From: Auanema rhodensis | Lineage: Eukaryota; Animalia; Nematoda | Reading direction: 5' to 3' | Assembly (NCBI GenBank): GCA_964057225.1 | Contig: OZ059898.1 | Span: 434,001-498,000 of the forward strand | DNA length: 64,000 nt | In this document: piece after piece, positions 40,901 to 57,200 of the stretch | Position numbering within the stretch: position 1 is the stretch's first letter | How the letters are laid out: each line of letters starts with the position of its first letter | The notes under the pieces: generated by a model | Databases searched by the model: none | Seen by the model: the letters and a program-made list of their open reading frames with translations, nothing else | What the model was told of the DNA's origin: nothing | Program-made: the position numbers and the translations under genes

Positions 40901-43900
40901 TAGTGCATTCGATGCGGATTTTTAAGCTGCGTCGATCTGTGTTATCAGATTTGCGCTAGCTTAAAAATGCACCGAGATATCAACTGATATAAGTTCACAC
41001 TTATATCCTCGATTTTCACCCTGAAGAATTAATTTTTTCGTTGAATAACATTGTCCATCGTCTTTGCCTTGAAAAAAGGAATCTAAAAACATCTACTTTT
41101 CGCCAAATTATTTTGAAATTTTTCGAAAAAATTTTTGTCAAAATGTTTTTGGAAGCAATGTTGAGTGTACATGGAAACTCAACATACACTAATGCATCAT
41201 TTTTCAAACGATCATAACTAATTTTTGTATTAAGCGTTTCTCAATGTAGTATAGTGCATTCGATGCGGATTTTTAAGCTGCGTCGATCTGTGTTATCAGA
41301 TTTGCGCTAGCTTAAAAATGCACCGAGATATCAACTGATATAAGTTCACACATATATCCTCGATTTTCACCCTGAAGAATTAATTTTTTCGTTGAATAAC
41401 ATTGTCCATCGTCTTTGCCTTAAAAAAAGGAATCTAAAAACATCTACTTTTTGCTAAATTATTTTGAAATTTTTCGAAAACATTTTTGTCAAAATGTTTT
41501 TGGAAGCAATGTTGAGTGTACATGGAAACTCAACATACACTAATGCATCATTTTTCAAACGATCATAACTAATTTTTGTATTAAGCGTTTCTCAATGTAG
41601 TATAGTGCATTCGATGCGGATTTTTAAGCTGCGTCGATCTGTGTTATCAGATTTGCGCTAGCTTAAAAATGCACCGAGATATCAACTGATATAAGTTCAC
41701 ACTTATATCCTCGATTTTCACCCTGAAGAATTAATTTTTTCGTTGAATAACATTGTCCATCGTCTTTGCCTTGAAAAAAGGAATCTAAAAACATCTACTT
41801 TTCGCCAAATTATTTTGAAATATTTCGAAAAAATTTTTGTCAAAATGTTTTTGGAAGCAATGTTGAGTGTACATGGAAACTCAACATACACTAATGCATC
41901 ATTTTTCAAACGATCATAACTAATTTTTGTATTAAGCGTTTCTCAATGTAGTATAGTGCATTCGATGCGGATTTTTAAGCTGCGTCGATCTGTGTTATCA
42001 GATTTGCGCTAGCTTAAAAATGCACCGAGATATCAACTGATATAAGTTCACACTTATATCCTCGATTTTCACCCTGAAGAATTAATTTTTTCGTTGAATA
42101 ACATTGTCCATCGTCTTTGCCTTGAAAAAAGGAATCTAAAAACATCTTCTTTTTGCTAAATTATTTTGAAATTTTTCGAAAAAATTTTTGTCAAAATGTT
42201 CTTGGAAGCAATGTTGAGTGTACATGGAAACTCAACATACACTAATGCATCATTTTTCAAACGATCATAACTAATTTTTGTATTAAGCGTTTCTCAATGT
42301 AGTATAGTGCATTCGATGCGGATTTTTAAGCTGCGTCGATCTGTGTTATCAGATTTGCGCTAGCTTAAAAATGCACCGAGATATCAACTGATATAAGTTC
42401 ACACTTATATCCTCGATTTTCACCCTGAAGAATTAATTTTTTCGTTGAATAACATTGTCCATCGTCTTTGCCTTGAAAAAAGGAATCTAAAAACATCTAC
42501 TTTTTGCTAAATTATCTTGAAATTTTTCGAAAAATTTTTGTCAAAATGTTTTTGGAAGCAATGTTGAGTGTACATGGAAACTCAACATACACTAATGCAT
42601 CATTTTTCAAACGATCATAACTATTTTTTGTATTAAGCGTTTCTCAATGTAGTATAGTGCATTCGATGCGGATTTTTAAGCTGCGTCGATCTGTGTTATC
42701 AGATTTGCGCTAGCTTAAAAATGCACCGAGATATCAACTGATATAAGTTCACACATATATCCTCGATTTTCACCCTGAAGAATTAATTTTTTCGTTGAAT
42801 AACATTGTCCATCGTCTTTGCCTTGAAAAAAGGAATCTAAAAACATCTACTTTTTGCTAAATTATTTTGAAATTTTTCGAAAAAATTTTTGTCAAAATGT
42901 TTTTGGAAGCAATGTTGAGTGTACATGGAAACTCAACATACACTAATGCATCATTTTTCAAACGATCATAACTAATTTTTGTATTAAGCGTTTCTCAATG
43001 TAGTATAGTGCATTCGATGCGGATTTTTAAGCTGCGTCGATCTGTGTTATCAGATTTGCGCTAGCTTAAAAATGCACCGAGATATCAACTGATATAAGTT
43101 CACACTTATATCCTCGATTTTCACCCTGAAGAATTAATTTTTTCGTTGAATAACATTGTCCATCGTCTTTGCCTTGAAAAAAGGAATCTAAAAACATCTA
43201 CTTTTTGCGAAATTATTTTGAAATTTTTCGAAAAAATTTTTGTCAAAATGTTTTTCGAAGCAATGTTGAGTGTACATGGAAACTCAACATACACTAATGC
43301 ATCATTTTTCAAACGATCATAACTAATTTTTGTATTAAGCGTTTCTCAATGTAGTATAGTGCATTCGATGCGGATTTTTAAGCTGCGTCGATCTGTGTTA
43401 TCAGATTTGCGCTAGCTTAAAAATGCACCGAGATATCAACTGATATAAGTTCACACTTATATCCTCGATTTTCACCCTGAAGAATTAATTTTTTCGTTGA
43501 ATAACATTGTCCATCGTCTTTGCCTTGAAAAAAGGAATCTAAAAACATCTACTTTTCGCCAAATTATTTTGAAATTTTTCGAAAAAATTTTTGTCAAAAT
43601 GTTTTTGGAAGCAATGTTGAGTGTACATGGAAACTCAACATACACTAATGCATCATTTTTCAAACGATCATAACTAATTTTTGTATTAAGCGTTTCTCAA
43701 TGTAGTATAGTGCATTCGATGCGGATTTTTAAGCTGCGTCGATCTGTGTTATCAGATTTGCGCTAGCTTAAAAATGCACCGAGATATCAACTGATATAAG
43801 TTCACACATATATCCTCGATTTTCACCCTGAAGAATTAATTTTTTCGTTGAATAACATTGTCCATCGTCTTTGCCTTGAAAAAAGGAATCTAAAAACATC

Positions 43901-46900
43901 TACTTTTTGCTAAATTATTTTGAAATTTTTCGAAAAAATTTTTGTCAAAATGTTTTTGGAAGCAATGTTGAGTGTACATGGAAACTCAACATACACTAAT
44001 GCATCATTTTTCAAACGATCATAACTAATTTTTGTATTAAGCGTTTCTCAATGTAGTATAGTGCATTCGATGCGGATTTTTAAGCTGCGTCGATCTGTGT
44101 TATCAGATTTGCGCTAGCTTAAAAATGCACCGAGATATCAACTGATATAAGTTCACACTTATATCCTCGATTTTCACCCTGAAGAATTAATTTTTTCGTT
44201 GAATAACATTGTCCATCGTCTTTGCCTTGAAAAAAGGAATCTAAAAACATCTACTTTTTGCTAAATTATTTTGAAATTTTTCGAAAAAATTTTTGTCAAA
44301 ATGTTTTTGGAAGCAATGTTGAGTGTACATGGAAACTCAACATACACTAATGCATCATTTTTCAAACGATCATAACTAATTTTTGTATTGAGCGTTTCTC
44401 AATGTAGTATAGTGCATTCGATGCGGATTTTTAAGCTGCGTCGATCTGTGTTATCAGATTTGCGCTAGCTTAAAAATGCACCGAGATATCAACTGATATA
44501 AGTTCACACTTATATCCTCGATTTTCACCCTGAAGAATTAATTTTTTCGTTGAATAACATTGTCCATCGTCTTTGCCTTGAAAAAGGGAATCTAAAAACA
44601 TCTACTTTTCGCCAAATTATTTTGAAATTTTTCGAAAAAATTTTTGTCAAAATGTTTTTGGAAGCAATGTTGAGTGTACATGGAAACTCAACATACACTA
44701 ATGCATCATTTTTCAAACGATCATAACTAATTTTTGTATTAAGCGTTTCTCAATGTAGTATAGTGCATTCGATGCGGATTTTTAAGCTGCGTCGATCTGT
44801 GTTATCAGATTTGCGCTAGCTTAAAAATGCACCGAGATATCAACTGATATAAGTTCACACATATATCCTCGATTTTCACCCTGAAGAATTAATTTTTTCG
44901 TTGAATAACATTGTCCATCGTCTTTGCCTTGAAAAAAGGAATCTAAAAACATCTACTTTTTGCTAAATTATTTTGAAATTTTTCGAAAAAATTTTTGTCA
45001 AAATGTTTTTGGAAGCAATGTTGAGTGTACATGGAAACTCAACATACACTAATGCATCATTTTTCAAACGATCATAACTAATTTTTGTATTAAGCGTTTC
45101 TCAATGTAGTATAGTGCATTCGATGCGGATTTTTAAGCTGCGTCGATCTGTGTTATCAGATTTGCGCTAGCTTAAAAATGCACCGAGATATCAACTGATA
45201 TAAGTTCACACTTATATCCTCGATTTTCACCCTGAAGAATTAATTTTTTCGTTGAATAACATTGTCCATCGTCTTTGCCTTGAAAAAAGGAATCTAAAAA
45301 CATCTACTTTTCGCCAAATTATTTTGAAATTTTTCGAAAAAATTTTTGTCAAAATGTTTTTGGAAGCAATGTTGAGTGTACATGGAAACTCAACATACAC
45401 TAATGCATCATTTTTCAAACGATCATAACTAATTTTTGTATTAAGCGTTTCTCAATGTAGTATAGTGCATTCGATGCGGATTTTTAAGCTGCGTCGATCT
45501 GTGTTATCAGATTTGCGCTAGCTTAAAAATGCACCGAGATATCAACTGATATAAGTTCACACATATATCCTCGATTTTCACCCTGAAGAATTAATTTTTT
45601 CGTTGAATAACATTGTCCATCGTCTTTGCCTTGAAAAAAGGAATCTAAAAACATCTACTTTTTGCTAAATTATTTTGAAATTTTTCGAAAAAATTTTTGT
45701 CAAAATGTTTTTGGAAGCAATGTTGAGTGTACATGGAAACTCAACATACACTAATGCATCATTTTTCAAACGATCATAACTAATTTTTGTATTAAGCGTT
45801 TCTCAATGTAGTATAGTGCATTCGATGCGGATTTTTAAGCTGCGTCGATCTGTGTTATCAGATTTGCGCTAGCTTAAAAATGCACCGAGATATCAACTGA
45901 TATAAGTTCACACTTATATCCTCGATTTTCACCCTGAAGAATTAATTTTTTCGTTGAATAACATTGTCCATCGTCTTTGCCTTGAAAAAAGGAATCTAAA
46001 AACATCTACTTTTTGCTAAATTATTTTGAAATTTTTCGAAAAAATTTTTGTCAAAATGTTTTTGGAAGCAATGTTGAGTGTACATGGAAACTCAACATAC
46101 ACTAATGCATCATTTTTCAAACGATCATAACTAATTTTTGTATTAAGCGTTTCTCAATGTAGTATAGTGCATTCGATGCGGATTTTTAAGCTGCGTCGAT
46201 CTGTGTTATCAGATTTGCGCTAGCTTAAAAATGCACCGAGATATCAACTGATATAAGTTCACACTTATATCCTCGATTTTCACCCTGAAGAATTAATTTT
46301 TTCGTTGAATAACATTGTCCATCGTCTTTGCCTTGAAAAAAGGAATCTAAAAACATCTACTTTTCGCCAAATTATTTTGAAATATTTCGAAAAAATTTTT
46401 GTCAAAATGTTTTTGGAAGCAATGTTGAGTGTACATGGAAACTCAACATACACTAATGCATCATTTTTCAAACGATCATAACTAATTTTTGTATTAAGCG
46501 TTTCTCAATGTAGTATAGTGCATTCGATGCGGATTTTTAAGCTGCGTCGATCTGTGTTATCAGATTTGCGCTAGCTTAAAAATGCACCGAGATATCAACT
46601 GATATAAGTTCACACATATATCCTCGATTTTCACCCTGAAGAATTAATTTTTTCGTTGAATAACATTGTCCATCGTCTTTGCCTTGAAAAAAGGAATCTA
46701 AAAACATCTACTTTTTGCTAAATTATTTTGAAATTTTTCGAAAAAATTTTTGTCAAAATGTTTTTGGAAGCAATGTTGAGTGTACATGGAAACTCAACAT
46801 ACACTAATGCATCATTTTTCAAACGATCATAACTAATTTTTGTATTAAGCGTTTCTCAATGTAGTATAGTGCATTCGATGCGGATTTTTAAGCTGCGTCG

Positions 46901-49900
46901 ATCTGTGTTATCAGATTTGCGCTAGCTTAAAAATGCACCGAGATATCAACTGATATAAGTTCACACTTATATCCTCGATTTTCACCCTGAAGAATTAATT
47001 TTTTCGTTGAATAACATTGTCCATCGTCTTTGCCTTGAAAAAAGGAATCTAAAAACATCTACTTTTCGCCAAATTATTTTGAAATATTTCGAAAAAATTT
47101 TTGTCAAAATGTTTTTGGAAGCAATGTTGAGTGTACATGGAAACTCAACATACACTAATGCATCATTTTTCAAACGATCATAACTAATTTTTGTATTAAG
47201 CGTTTCTCAATGTAGTATAGTGCATTCGATGCGGATTTTTAAGCTGCGTCGATCTGTGTTATCAGATTTGCGCTAGCTTAAAAATGCACCGAGATATCAA
47301 CTGATATAAGTTCACACATATATCCTCGATTTTCACCCTGAAGAATTAATTTTTTCGTTGAATAACATTGTCCATCGTCTTTGCCTTGAAAAAAGGAATC
47401 TAAAAACATCTACTTTTTGCTAAATTATTTTGAAATTTTTCGAAAAAATTTTTGTCAAAATGTTTTTGGAAGCAATGTTGAGTGTACATGGAAACTCAAC
47501 ATACACTAATGCATCATTTTTCAAACGATCATAACTAATTTTTGTATTAAGCGTTTCTCAATGTAGTATAGTGCATTCGATGCGGATTTTTAAGCTGCGT
47601 CGATCTGTGTTATCAGATTTGCGCTAGCTTAAAAATGCACCGAGATATCAACTGATATAAGTTCACACTTATATCCTCGATTTTCACCCTGAAGAATTAA
47701 TTTTTTCGTTGAATAACATTGTCCATCGTCTTTGCCTTGAAAAAAGGAATCTAAAAACATCTACTTTTCGCCAAATTATTTTGAAATATTTCGAAAAAAT
47801 TTTTGTCAAAATGTTTTTGGAAGCAATGTTGAGTGTACATGGAAACTCAACATACACTAATGCATCATTTTTCAAACGATCATAACTAATTTTTGTATTA
47901 AGCGTTTCTCAATGTAGTATAGTGCATTCGATGCGGATTTTTAAGCTGCGTCGATCTGTGTTATCAGATTTGCGCTAGCTTAAAAATGCACCGAGATATC
48001 AACTGATATAAGTTCACACATATATCCTCGATTTTCACCCTGAAGAATTAATTTTTTCGTTGAATAACATTGTCCATCGTCTTTGCCTTGAAAAAAGGAA
48101 TCTAAAAACATCTACTTTTTGGTAAATTATTTTGAAATTTTTCGAAAAAATTTTTGTCAAAATGTTTTTGGAAGCAATGTTGAGTGTACATGGAAACTCA
48201 ACATACACTAATGCATCATTTTTCAAACGATCATAACTAATTTTTGTATTAAGCGTTTCTCAATGTAGTATAGTGCATTCGATGCGGATTTTTAAGCTGC
48301 GTCGATCTGTGTTATCAGATTTGCGCTAGCTTAAAAATGCACCGAGATATCAACTGATATAAGTTCACACTTATATCCTCGATTTTCACCCTGAAGAATT
48401 AATTTTTTCGTTGAATAACATTGTCCATCGTCTTTGCCTTGAAAAAAGGAATCTAAAAACATCTACTTTTTGCTAAATTATTTTGAAATTTTTCGAAAAA
48501 ATTTTTGTCAAAATGTTTTTGGAAGCAATGTTGAGTGTACATGGAAACTCAACATACACTAATGCATCATTTTTCAAACGATCATAACTAATTTTTGTAT
48601 TAAGCGTTTCTCAATGTAGTATAGTGCATTCGATGCGGATTTTTAAGCTGCGTCGATCTGTGTTATCAGTTTTGCGCTAGCTTAAAAATGCACCGAGATA
48701 TCAACTGATATAAGTTCACACTTATATCCTCGATTTTCACCCTGAAGAATTAATTTTTTCGTTGAATAACATTGTCCATCGTCTTTGCCTTGAAAAAAGG
48801 AATCTAAAAACATCTACTTTTTGCTAAATTATTTTGAAATTTTTCGAAAAAATTTTTGTCAAAATGTTTTTGGAAGCAATGTTGAGTGTACATGGAAACT
48901 CAACATACACTAATGCATCATTTTTCAAACGATCATAACTAATTTTTGTATTAAGCGTTTCTCAATGTAGTATAGTGCATTCGATGCGGATTTTTAAGCT
49001 GCGTCGATCTGTGTTATCAGTTTTGCGCTAGCTTAAAAATGCACCGAGATATCAACTGATATAAGTTCACACTTATATCCTCGATTTTCACCCTGAAGAA
49101 TTAATTTTTTCGTTGAATAACATTGTCCATCGTCTTTGCCTTGAAAAAAGGAATCTAAAAACATCTACTTTTTGCTAAATTATTTTGAAATTTTTCGAAA
49201 AAATTTTTGTCAAAATGTTTTTGGAAGCAATGTTGAGTGTACATGGAAACTCAACATACACTAATGCATCATTTTTCAAACGATCATAACTAATTTTTGT
49301 ATTAAGCGTTTCTCAATGTAGTATAGTGCATTCGATGCGGATTTTTAAGCTGCGTCGATCTGTGTTATCAGATTTGCGCTAGCTTAAAAATGCACCGAGA
49401 TATCAACTGATATAAGTTCACACTTATATCCTCGATTTTCACCCTGAAGAATTAATTTTTTCGTTGAATAACATTGTCCATCGTCTTTGCCTTGAAAAAA
49501 GGAATCTAAAAACATCTACTTTTCGCCAAATTATTTTGAAATATTTCGAAAAAATTTTTGTCAAAATGTTTTTGGAAGCAATGTTGAGTGTACATGGAAA
49601 CTCAACATACACTAATGCATCATTTTTCAAACGATCATAACTAATTTTTGTATTAAGCGTTTCTCAATGTAGTATAGTGCATTCGATGCGGATTTTTAAG
49701 CTGCGTCGATCTGTGTTATCAGATTTGCGCTAGCTTAAAAATGCACCGAGATATCAACTGATATAAGTTCACACATATATCCTCGATTTTCACCCTGAAG
49801 AATTAATTTTTTCGTTGAATAACATTGTCCATCGTCTTTGCCTTGAAAAAAGGAATCTAAAAACATCTACTTTTTGCTAAATTATTTTGAAATTTTTCGA

Positions 49901-51408
49901 AAAAATTTTTGTCAAAATGTTTTTGGAAGCAATGTTGAGTGTACATGGAAACTCAACATACACTAATGCATCATTTTTCAAACGATCATAACTAATTTTT
50001 GTATTAAGCGTTTCTCAATGTAGTATAGTGCATTCGATGCGGATTTTTAAGCTGCGTCGATCTGTGTTATCAGATTTGCGCTAGCTTAAAAATGCACCGA
50101 GATATCAACTGATATAAGTTCACACTTATATCCTCGATTTTCACCCTGAAGAATTAATTTTTTCGTTGAATAACATTGTCCATCGTCTTTGCCTTGAAAA
50201 AAGGAATCTAAAAACATCTACTTTTCGCCAAATTATTTTGAAATTTTTCGAAAAAATTTTTGTCAAAATGTTTTTGGAAGCAATGTTGAGTGTACATGGA
50301 AACTCAACATACACTAATGCATCATTTTTCAAACGATCATAACTAATTTTTGTATTAAGCGTTTCTCAATGTAGTATAGTGCATTCGATGCGGATTTTTA
50401 AGCTGCGTCGATCTGTGTTATCAGATTTGCGCTAGCTTAAAAATGCACCGAGATATCAACTGATATAAGTTCACACATATATCCTCGATTTTCACCCTGA
50501 AGAATTAACTTTTTCGTTGAATAACATTGTCCATCGTCTTTGCCTTGAAAAAAGGAATCTAAAAACATCTACTTTTTGCTAAATTATTTTGAAATTTTTC
50601 GAAAAAATTTTTGTCAAAATGTTTTTGGAAGCAATGTTGAGTGTACATGGAAACTCAACATACACTAATGCATCATTTTTCAAACGATCATAACTAATTT
50701 TTGTATTAAGCGTTTCTCAATGTAGTATAGTGCATTCGATGCGGATTTTTAAGCTGCGTCGATCTGTGTTATCAGATTTGCGCTAGCTTAAAAATGCACC
50801 GAGATATCAACTGATATAAGTTCACACTTATATCCTCGATTTTCACCCTGAAGAATTAATTTTTTCGTTGAATAACATTGTCCATCGTCTTTGCCTTGAA
50901 AAAAAGAATCTAAAAACATCTACTTTTCGCCAAATTATTTTGAAATTTTTCGAAAAAATTTTTGTCAAAATGTTTTTGGAAGCAATGTTGAGTGTACATG
51001 GAAACTCAACATACACTAATGCATCATTTTTCAAACGATCATAACTAATTTTTGTATTAAGCGTTTCTCAATGTAGTATAGTGCATTCGATGCGGATTTT
51101 TAAGCTGCGTCGATCTGTGTTATCAGATTTGCGCTAGCTTAAAAATGCACCGAGATATCAACTGATATAAGTTCACACATATATCCTCGATTTTCACCCT
51201 GAAGAATTAATTTTTTCGTTGAATAACATTGTCCATCGTCTTTGCCTTAAAAAAAGGAATCTAAAAACATCTACTTTTTGCTAAATTATTTTGAAATTTT
51301 TCGAAAAAATTTTTGTCAAAATGTTTTTGGAAGCAATGTTGAGTGTACATGGAAACTCAACATACACTAATGCATCATTTTTCAAACGATCATAACTAAT
51401 TTTTGTAT

Positions 51409-54216
51409 TAAGCGTTTCTCAATGTAGTATAGTGCATTCGATGCGGATTTTTAAGCTGCGTCGATCTGTGTTATCAGATTTGCGCTAGCTTAAAAATGCA
51501 CCGAGATATCAACTGATATAAGTTCACACATATATCCTCGATTTTCACCCTGAAGAATTAATTTTTTCGTTGAATAACATTGTCCATCGTCTTTGCCTTG
51601 AAAAAAGGAATCTAAAAACATCTACTTTTTGCTAAATTATTCTGAAATTTTTCGAAAAAATTTTTGTCAAAATGTTTTTGGAAGCAATGTTGAGTGTACA
51701 TGGAAACTCAACATACACTAATGCATCATTTTTCAAACGATCATAACTAATTTTTGTATTAAGCGTTTCTCAATGTAGTATAGTGCATTCGATGCGGATT
51801 TTTAAGCTGCGTCGATCTGTGTTATCAGATTTGCGCTAGCTTAAAAATGCACCGAGATATCAACTGATATAAGTTCACACTTATATCCTCGATTTTCACC
51901 CTGAAGAATTAATTTTTTCGTTGAATAACATTGTCCATCGTCTTTGCCTTGAAAAAAGGAATCTAAAAACATCTACTTTTTGCTAAATTATTTTGAAATT
52001 TTTCGAAAAAATTTTTGTCAAAATGTTTTTGGAAGCAATGTTGAGTGTACATGGAAACTCAACATACACTAATGCATCATTTTTCAAACGATCATAACTA
52101 ATTTTTGTATTAAGCGTTTCTCAAAGTAGTATAGTGCATTCGATGCGGATTTTTAAGCTGCGTCGATCTGTGTTATCAGATTTGCGCTAGCTTAAAAATG
52201 CACCGAGATATCAACTGATATAAGTTCACACTTATATCCTCGATTTTCACAATGAAGAATTAATTTTTTCGTTGAATAACATTGTCCATCGTCTTTGCCT
52301 TGAAAAAAGGAATCTAAAAACATCTACTTTTCGCCAAATTATTTTGAAATTTTTCGAAAAAATTTTTGTCAAAATGTTTTTGGAAGCAATGTTGAGTGTA
52401 CATGGAAACTCAACATACACTAATGCATCATTTTTCAAACGATCATAACTAATTTTTGTATTAAGCGTTTCTCAATGTAGTATAGTGCATTCGATGCGGA
52501 TTTTTAAGCTGCGTCGATCTGTGTTATCAGATTTGCGCTAGCTTAAAAATGCACCGAGATATCAACTGATATAAGTTCACACATATATCCTCGATTTTCA
52601 CCCTGAAGAATTAATTTTTTCGTTGAATAACATTGTCCATCGTCTTTGCCTTGAAAAAAGGAATCTAAAAACATCTACTTTTTGCTAAATTATTTTGAAA
52701 TTTTTCGAAAAAATTTTTGTCAAAATGTTTTTGGAAGCAATGTTGAGTGTACATGGAAACTCAACATACACTAATGCATCATTTTTCAAACGATCATAAC
52801 TAATTTTTGTATTAAGCGTTTCTCAATGTAGTATAGTGCATTCGATGCGGATTTTTAAGCTGCGTCGATCTGTGTTATCAGATTTGCGCTAGCTTAAAAA
52901 TGCACCGAGATATCAACTGATATAAGTTCACACATATATCCTCGATTTTCACCCTGAAGAATTAATTTTTTCGTTGAATAACATTGTCCATCGTCTTTGC
53001 CTTGAAAAAAGGAATCTAAAAACATCTACTTTTTGCTAAATTATTCTGAAATTTTTCGAAAAAATTTTTGTCAAAATGTTTTTGGAAGCAATGTTGAGTG
53101 TACATGGAAACTCAACATACACTAATGCATCATTTTTCAAACGATCATAACTAATTTTTGTATTAAGCGTTTCTCAATGTAGTATAGTGCATTCGATGCG
53201 GATTTTTAAGCTGCGTCGATCTGTGTTATCAGATTTGCGCTAGCTTAAAAATGCACCGAGATATCAACTGATATAAGTTCACACTTATATCCTCGATTTT
53301 CACCCTGAAGAATTAATTTTTTCGTTGAATAACATTGTCCATCGTCTTTGCCTTGAAAAAAGGAATCTAAAAACATCTACTTTTTGCTAAATTATTTTGA
53401 AATTTTTCGAAAAAATTTTTGTCAAAATGTTTTTGGAAGCAATGTTGAGTGTACATGGAAACTCAACATACACTAATGCATCATTTTTCAAACGATCATA
53501 ACTAATTTTTGTATTAAGCGTTTCTCAAAGTAGTATAGTGCATTCGATGCGGATTTTTAAGCTGCGTCGATCTGTGTTATCAGATTTGCGCTAGCTTAAA
53601 AATGCACCGAGATATCAACTGATATAAGTTCACACTTATATCCTCGATTTTCACAATGAAGAATTAATTTTTTCGTTGAATAACATTGTCCATCGTCTTT
53701 GCCTTGAAAAAAGGAATCTAAAAACATCTACTTTTCGCCAAATTATTTTGAAATTTTTCGAAAAAATTTTTGTCAAAATGTTTTTGGAAGCAATGTTGAG
53801 TGTACATGGAAACTCAACATACACTAATGCATCATTTTTCAAACGATCATAACTAATTTTTGTATTAAGCGTTTCTCAATGTAGTATAGTGCATTCGATG
53901 CGGATTTTTAAGCTGCGTCGATCTGTGTTATCAGATTTGCGCTAGCTTAAAAATGCACCGAGATATCAACTGATATAAGTTCACACATATATCCTCGATT
54001 TTCACCCTGAAGAATTAATTTTTTCGTTGAATAACATTGTCCATCGTCTTTGCCTTGAAAAAAGGAATCTAAAAACATCTACTTTTTGCTAAATTATTTT
54101 GAAATTTTTCGAAAAAATTTTTGTCAAAATGTTTTTGGAAGCAATGTTGAGTGTACATGGAAACTCAACATACACTAATGCATCATTTTTCAAACGATCA
54201 TAACTAATTTTTGTAT
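51409..54216. repeat. 4-monomer (1404-bp) tandem duplication in satellite B
   Basis: The private variants tcaaagtag and cacaatgaag (SSL ORFs at 52247 and 53651) and the flanking variant order repeat at 1404 bp. Confidence 0.85.
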
Positions 54217-57200
54217 TAAGCGTTTCTCAATGTAGTATAGTGCATTCGATGCGGATTTTTAAGCTGCGTCGATCTGTGTTATCAGATTTGCGCTAGCTTA
54301 AAAATGCACCGAGATATCAACTGATATAAGTTCACACTTATATCCTCGATTTTCACCCTGAAGAATTAATTTTTTCGTTGAATAACATTGTCCATCGTCT
54401 TTGCCTTGAAAAAAGGAATCTAAAAACATCTACTTTTTGCTAAATTATTTTGAAATTTTTCGAAAAAATTTTTGTCAAAATGTTTTTGGAAGCAATGTTG
54501 AGTGTACATGGAAACTCAACATACACTAATGCATCATTTTTCAAACGATCATAACTAATTTTTGTATTAAGCGTTTCTCAATGTAGTATAGTGCATTCGA
54601 TGCGGATTTTTAAGCTGCGTCGATCTGTGTTATCAGATTTGCGCTAGCTTAAAAATGCACCGAGATATCAACTGATATAAGTTCACACATATATCCTCGA
54701 TTTTCACCCTGAAGAATTAATTTTTTCGTTGAATAACATTGTCCATCGTCTTTGCCTTAAAAAAAGGAATCTAAAAACATCTACTTTTTGCTAAATTATT
54801 TTGAAATTTTTCGAAAAAATTTTTGTCAAAATGTTTTTGGAAGCAATGTTGAGTGTACATGGAAACTCAACATACACTAATGCATCATTTTTCAAACGAT
54901 CATAACTAATTTTTGTATTAAGCGTTTCTCAATGTAGTATAGTGCATTCGATGCGGATTTTTAAGCTGCGTCGATCTGTGTTATCAGATTTGCGCTAGCT
55001 TAAAAATGCACCGAGATATCAACTGATATAAGTTCACACATATATCCTCGATTTTCACCCTGAAGAATTAATTTTTTCGTTGAATAACATTGTCCATCGT
55101 CTTTGCCTTGAAAAAAGGAATCTAAAAACATCTACTTTTTGCTAAATTATTTTGAAATTTTTCGAAAAAATTTTTGTCAAAATGTTTTTGGAAGCAATGT
55201 TGAGTGTACATGGAAACTCAACATACACTAATGCATCATTTTTCAAACGATCATAACTAATTTTTGTATTAAGCGTTTCTCAATGTAGTATAGTGCATTC
55301 GATGCGGATTTTTAAGCTGCGTCGATCTGTGTTATCAGATTTGCGCTAGCTTAAAAATGCACCGAGATATCAACTGATATAAGTTCACACTTATATCCTC
55401 GATTTTCACCCTGAAGAATTAATTTTTTCGTTGAATAACATTGTCCATCGTCTTTGCCTTGAAAAAAGGAATCTAAAAACATCTACTTTTTGCTAAATTA
55501 TTTTGAAATTTTTCGAAAAAATTTTTGTCAAAATGTTTTTGGAAGCAATGTTGAGTGTACATGGAAACTCAACATACACTAATGCATCATTTTTCAAACG
55601 ATCATAACTAATTTTTGTATTAAGCGTTTCTCAATGTAGTATAGTGCATTCGATGCGGATTTTTAAGCTGCATCGATCTGTGTTATCAGATTTGCGCTAG
55701 CTTAAAAATGCACCGAGATATCAACTGATATAAGTTCACACTTATATCCTCGATTTTCACCCTGAAGAATTAATTTTTTCGTTGAATAACATTGTCCATC
55801 GTCTTTGCCTTGAAAAAAGGAATCTAAAAACATCTACTTTTCGCCAAATTATTTTGAAATATTTCGAAAAAATTTTTGTCAAAATGTTTTTGGAAGCAAT
55901 GTTGAGTGTACATGGAAACTCAACATACACTAATGCATCATTTTTCAAACGATCATAACTAATTTTTGTATTAAGCGTTTCTCAATGTAGTATAGTGCAT
56001 TCGATGCGGATTTTTAAGCTGCGTCGATCTGTGTTATCAGATTTGCGCTAGCTTAAAAATGCACCGAGATATCAACTGATATAAGTTCACACTTATATCC
56101 TCGATTTTCACCCTGAAGAATTAATTTTTTCGTTGAATAACATTGTCCATCGTCTTTGCCTTGAAAAAAGGAATCTAAAAACATCTTCTTTTTGCTAAAT
56201 TATTTTGAAATTTTTCGAAAAAATTTTTGTCAAAATGTTCTTGGAAGCAATGTTGAGTGTACATGGAAACTCAACATACACTAATGCATCATTTTTCAAA
56301 CGATCATAACTAATTTTTGTATTAAGCGTTTCTCAATGTAGTATAGTGCATTCGATGCGGATTTTTAAGCTGCGTCGATCTGTGTTATCAGATTTGCGCT
56401 AGCTTAAAAATGCACCGAGATATCAACTGATATAAGTTCACACTTATATCCTCGATTTTCACCCTGAAGAATTAATTTTTTCGTTGAATAACATTGTCCA
56501 TCGTCTTTGCCTTGAAAAAAGGAATCTAAAAACATCTACTTTTTGCTAAATTATTTTGAAATTTTTCGAAAAAATTTTTGTCAAAATGTTTTTGGAAGCA
56601 ATGTTGAGTGTACATGGAAACTCAACATACACTAATGCATCATTTTTCAAACGATCATAACTAATTTTTGTATTAAGCGTTTCTCAATGTAGTATAGTGC
56701 ATTCGATGCGGATTTTTAAGCTGCGTCGATCTGTGTTATCAGATTTGCGCTAGCTTAAAAATGCACCGAGATATCAACTGATATAAGTTCACACTTATAT
56801 CCTCGATTTTCACCCTGAAGAATTAATTTTTTCGTTGAATAACATTGTCCATCGTCTTTGCCTTGAAAAAAGGAATCTAAAAACATCTACTTTTTGCTAA
56901 ATTATTTTGAAATTTTTCGAAAAAATTTTTGTCAAAATGTTTTTGGAAGCAATGTTGAGTGTACATGGAAACTCAACATACACTAATGCATCATTTTTCA
57001 AACGATCATAACTAATTTTTGTATTAAGCGTTTCTCAATGTAGTATAGTGCATTCGATGCGGATTTTTAAGCTGCGTCGATCTGTGTTATCAGATTTGCG
57101 CTAGCTTAAAAATGCACCGAGATATCAACTGATATAAGTTCACACTTATATCCTCGATTTTCACCCTGAAGAATTAATTTTTTCGTTGAATAACATTGTC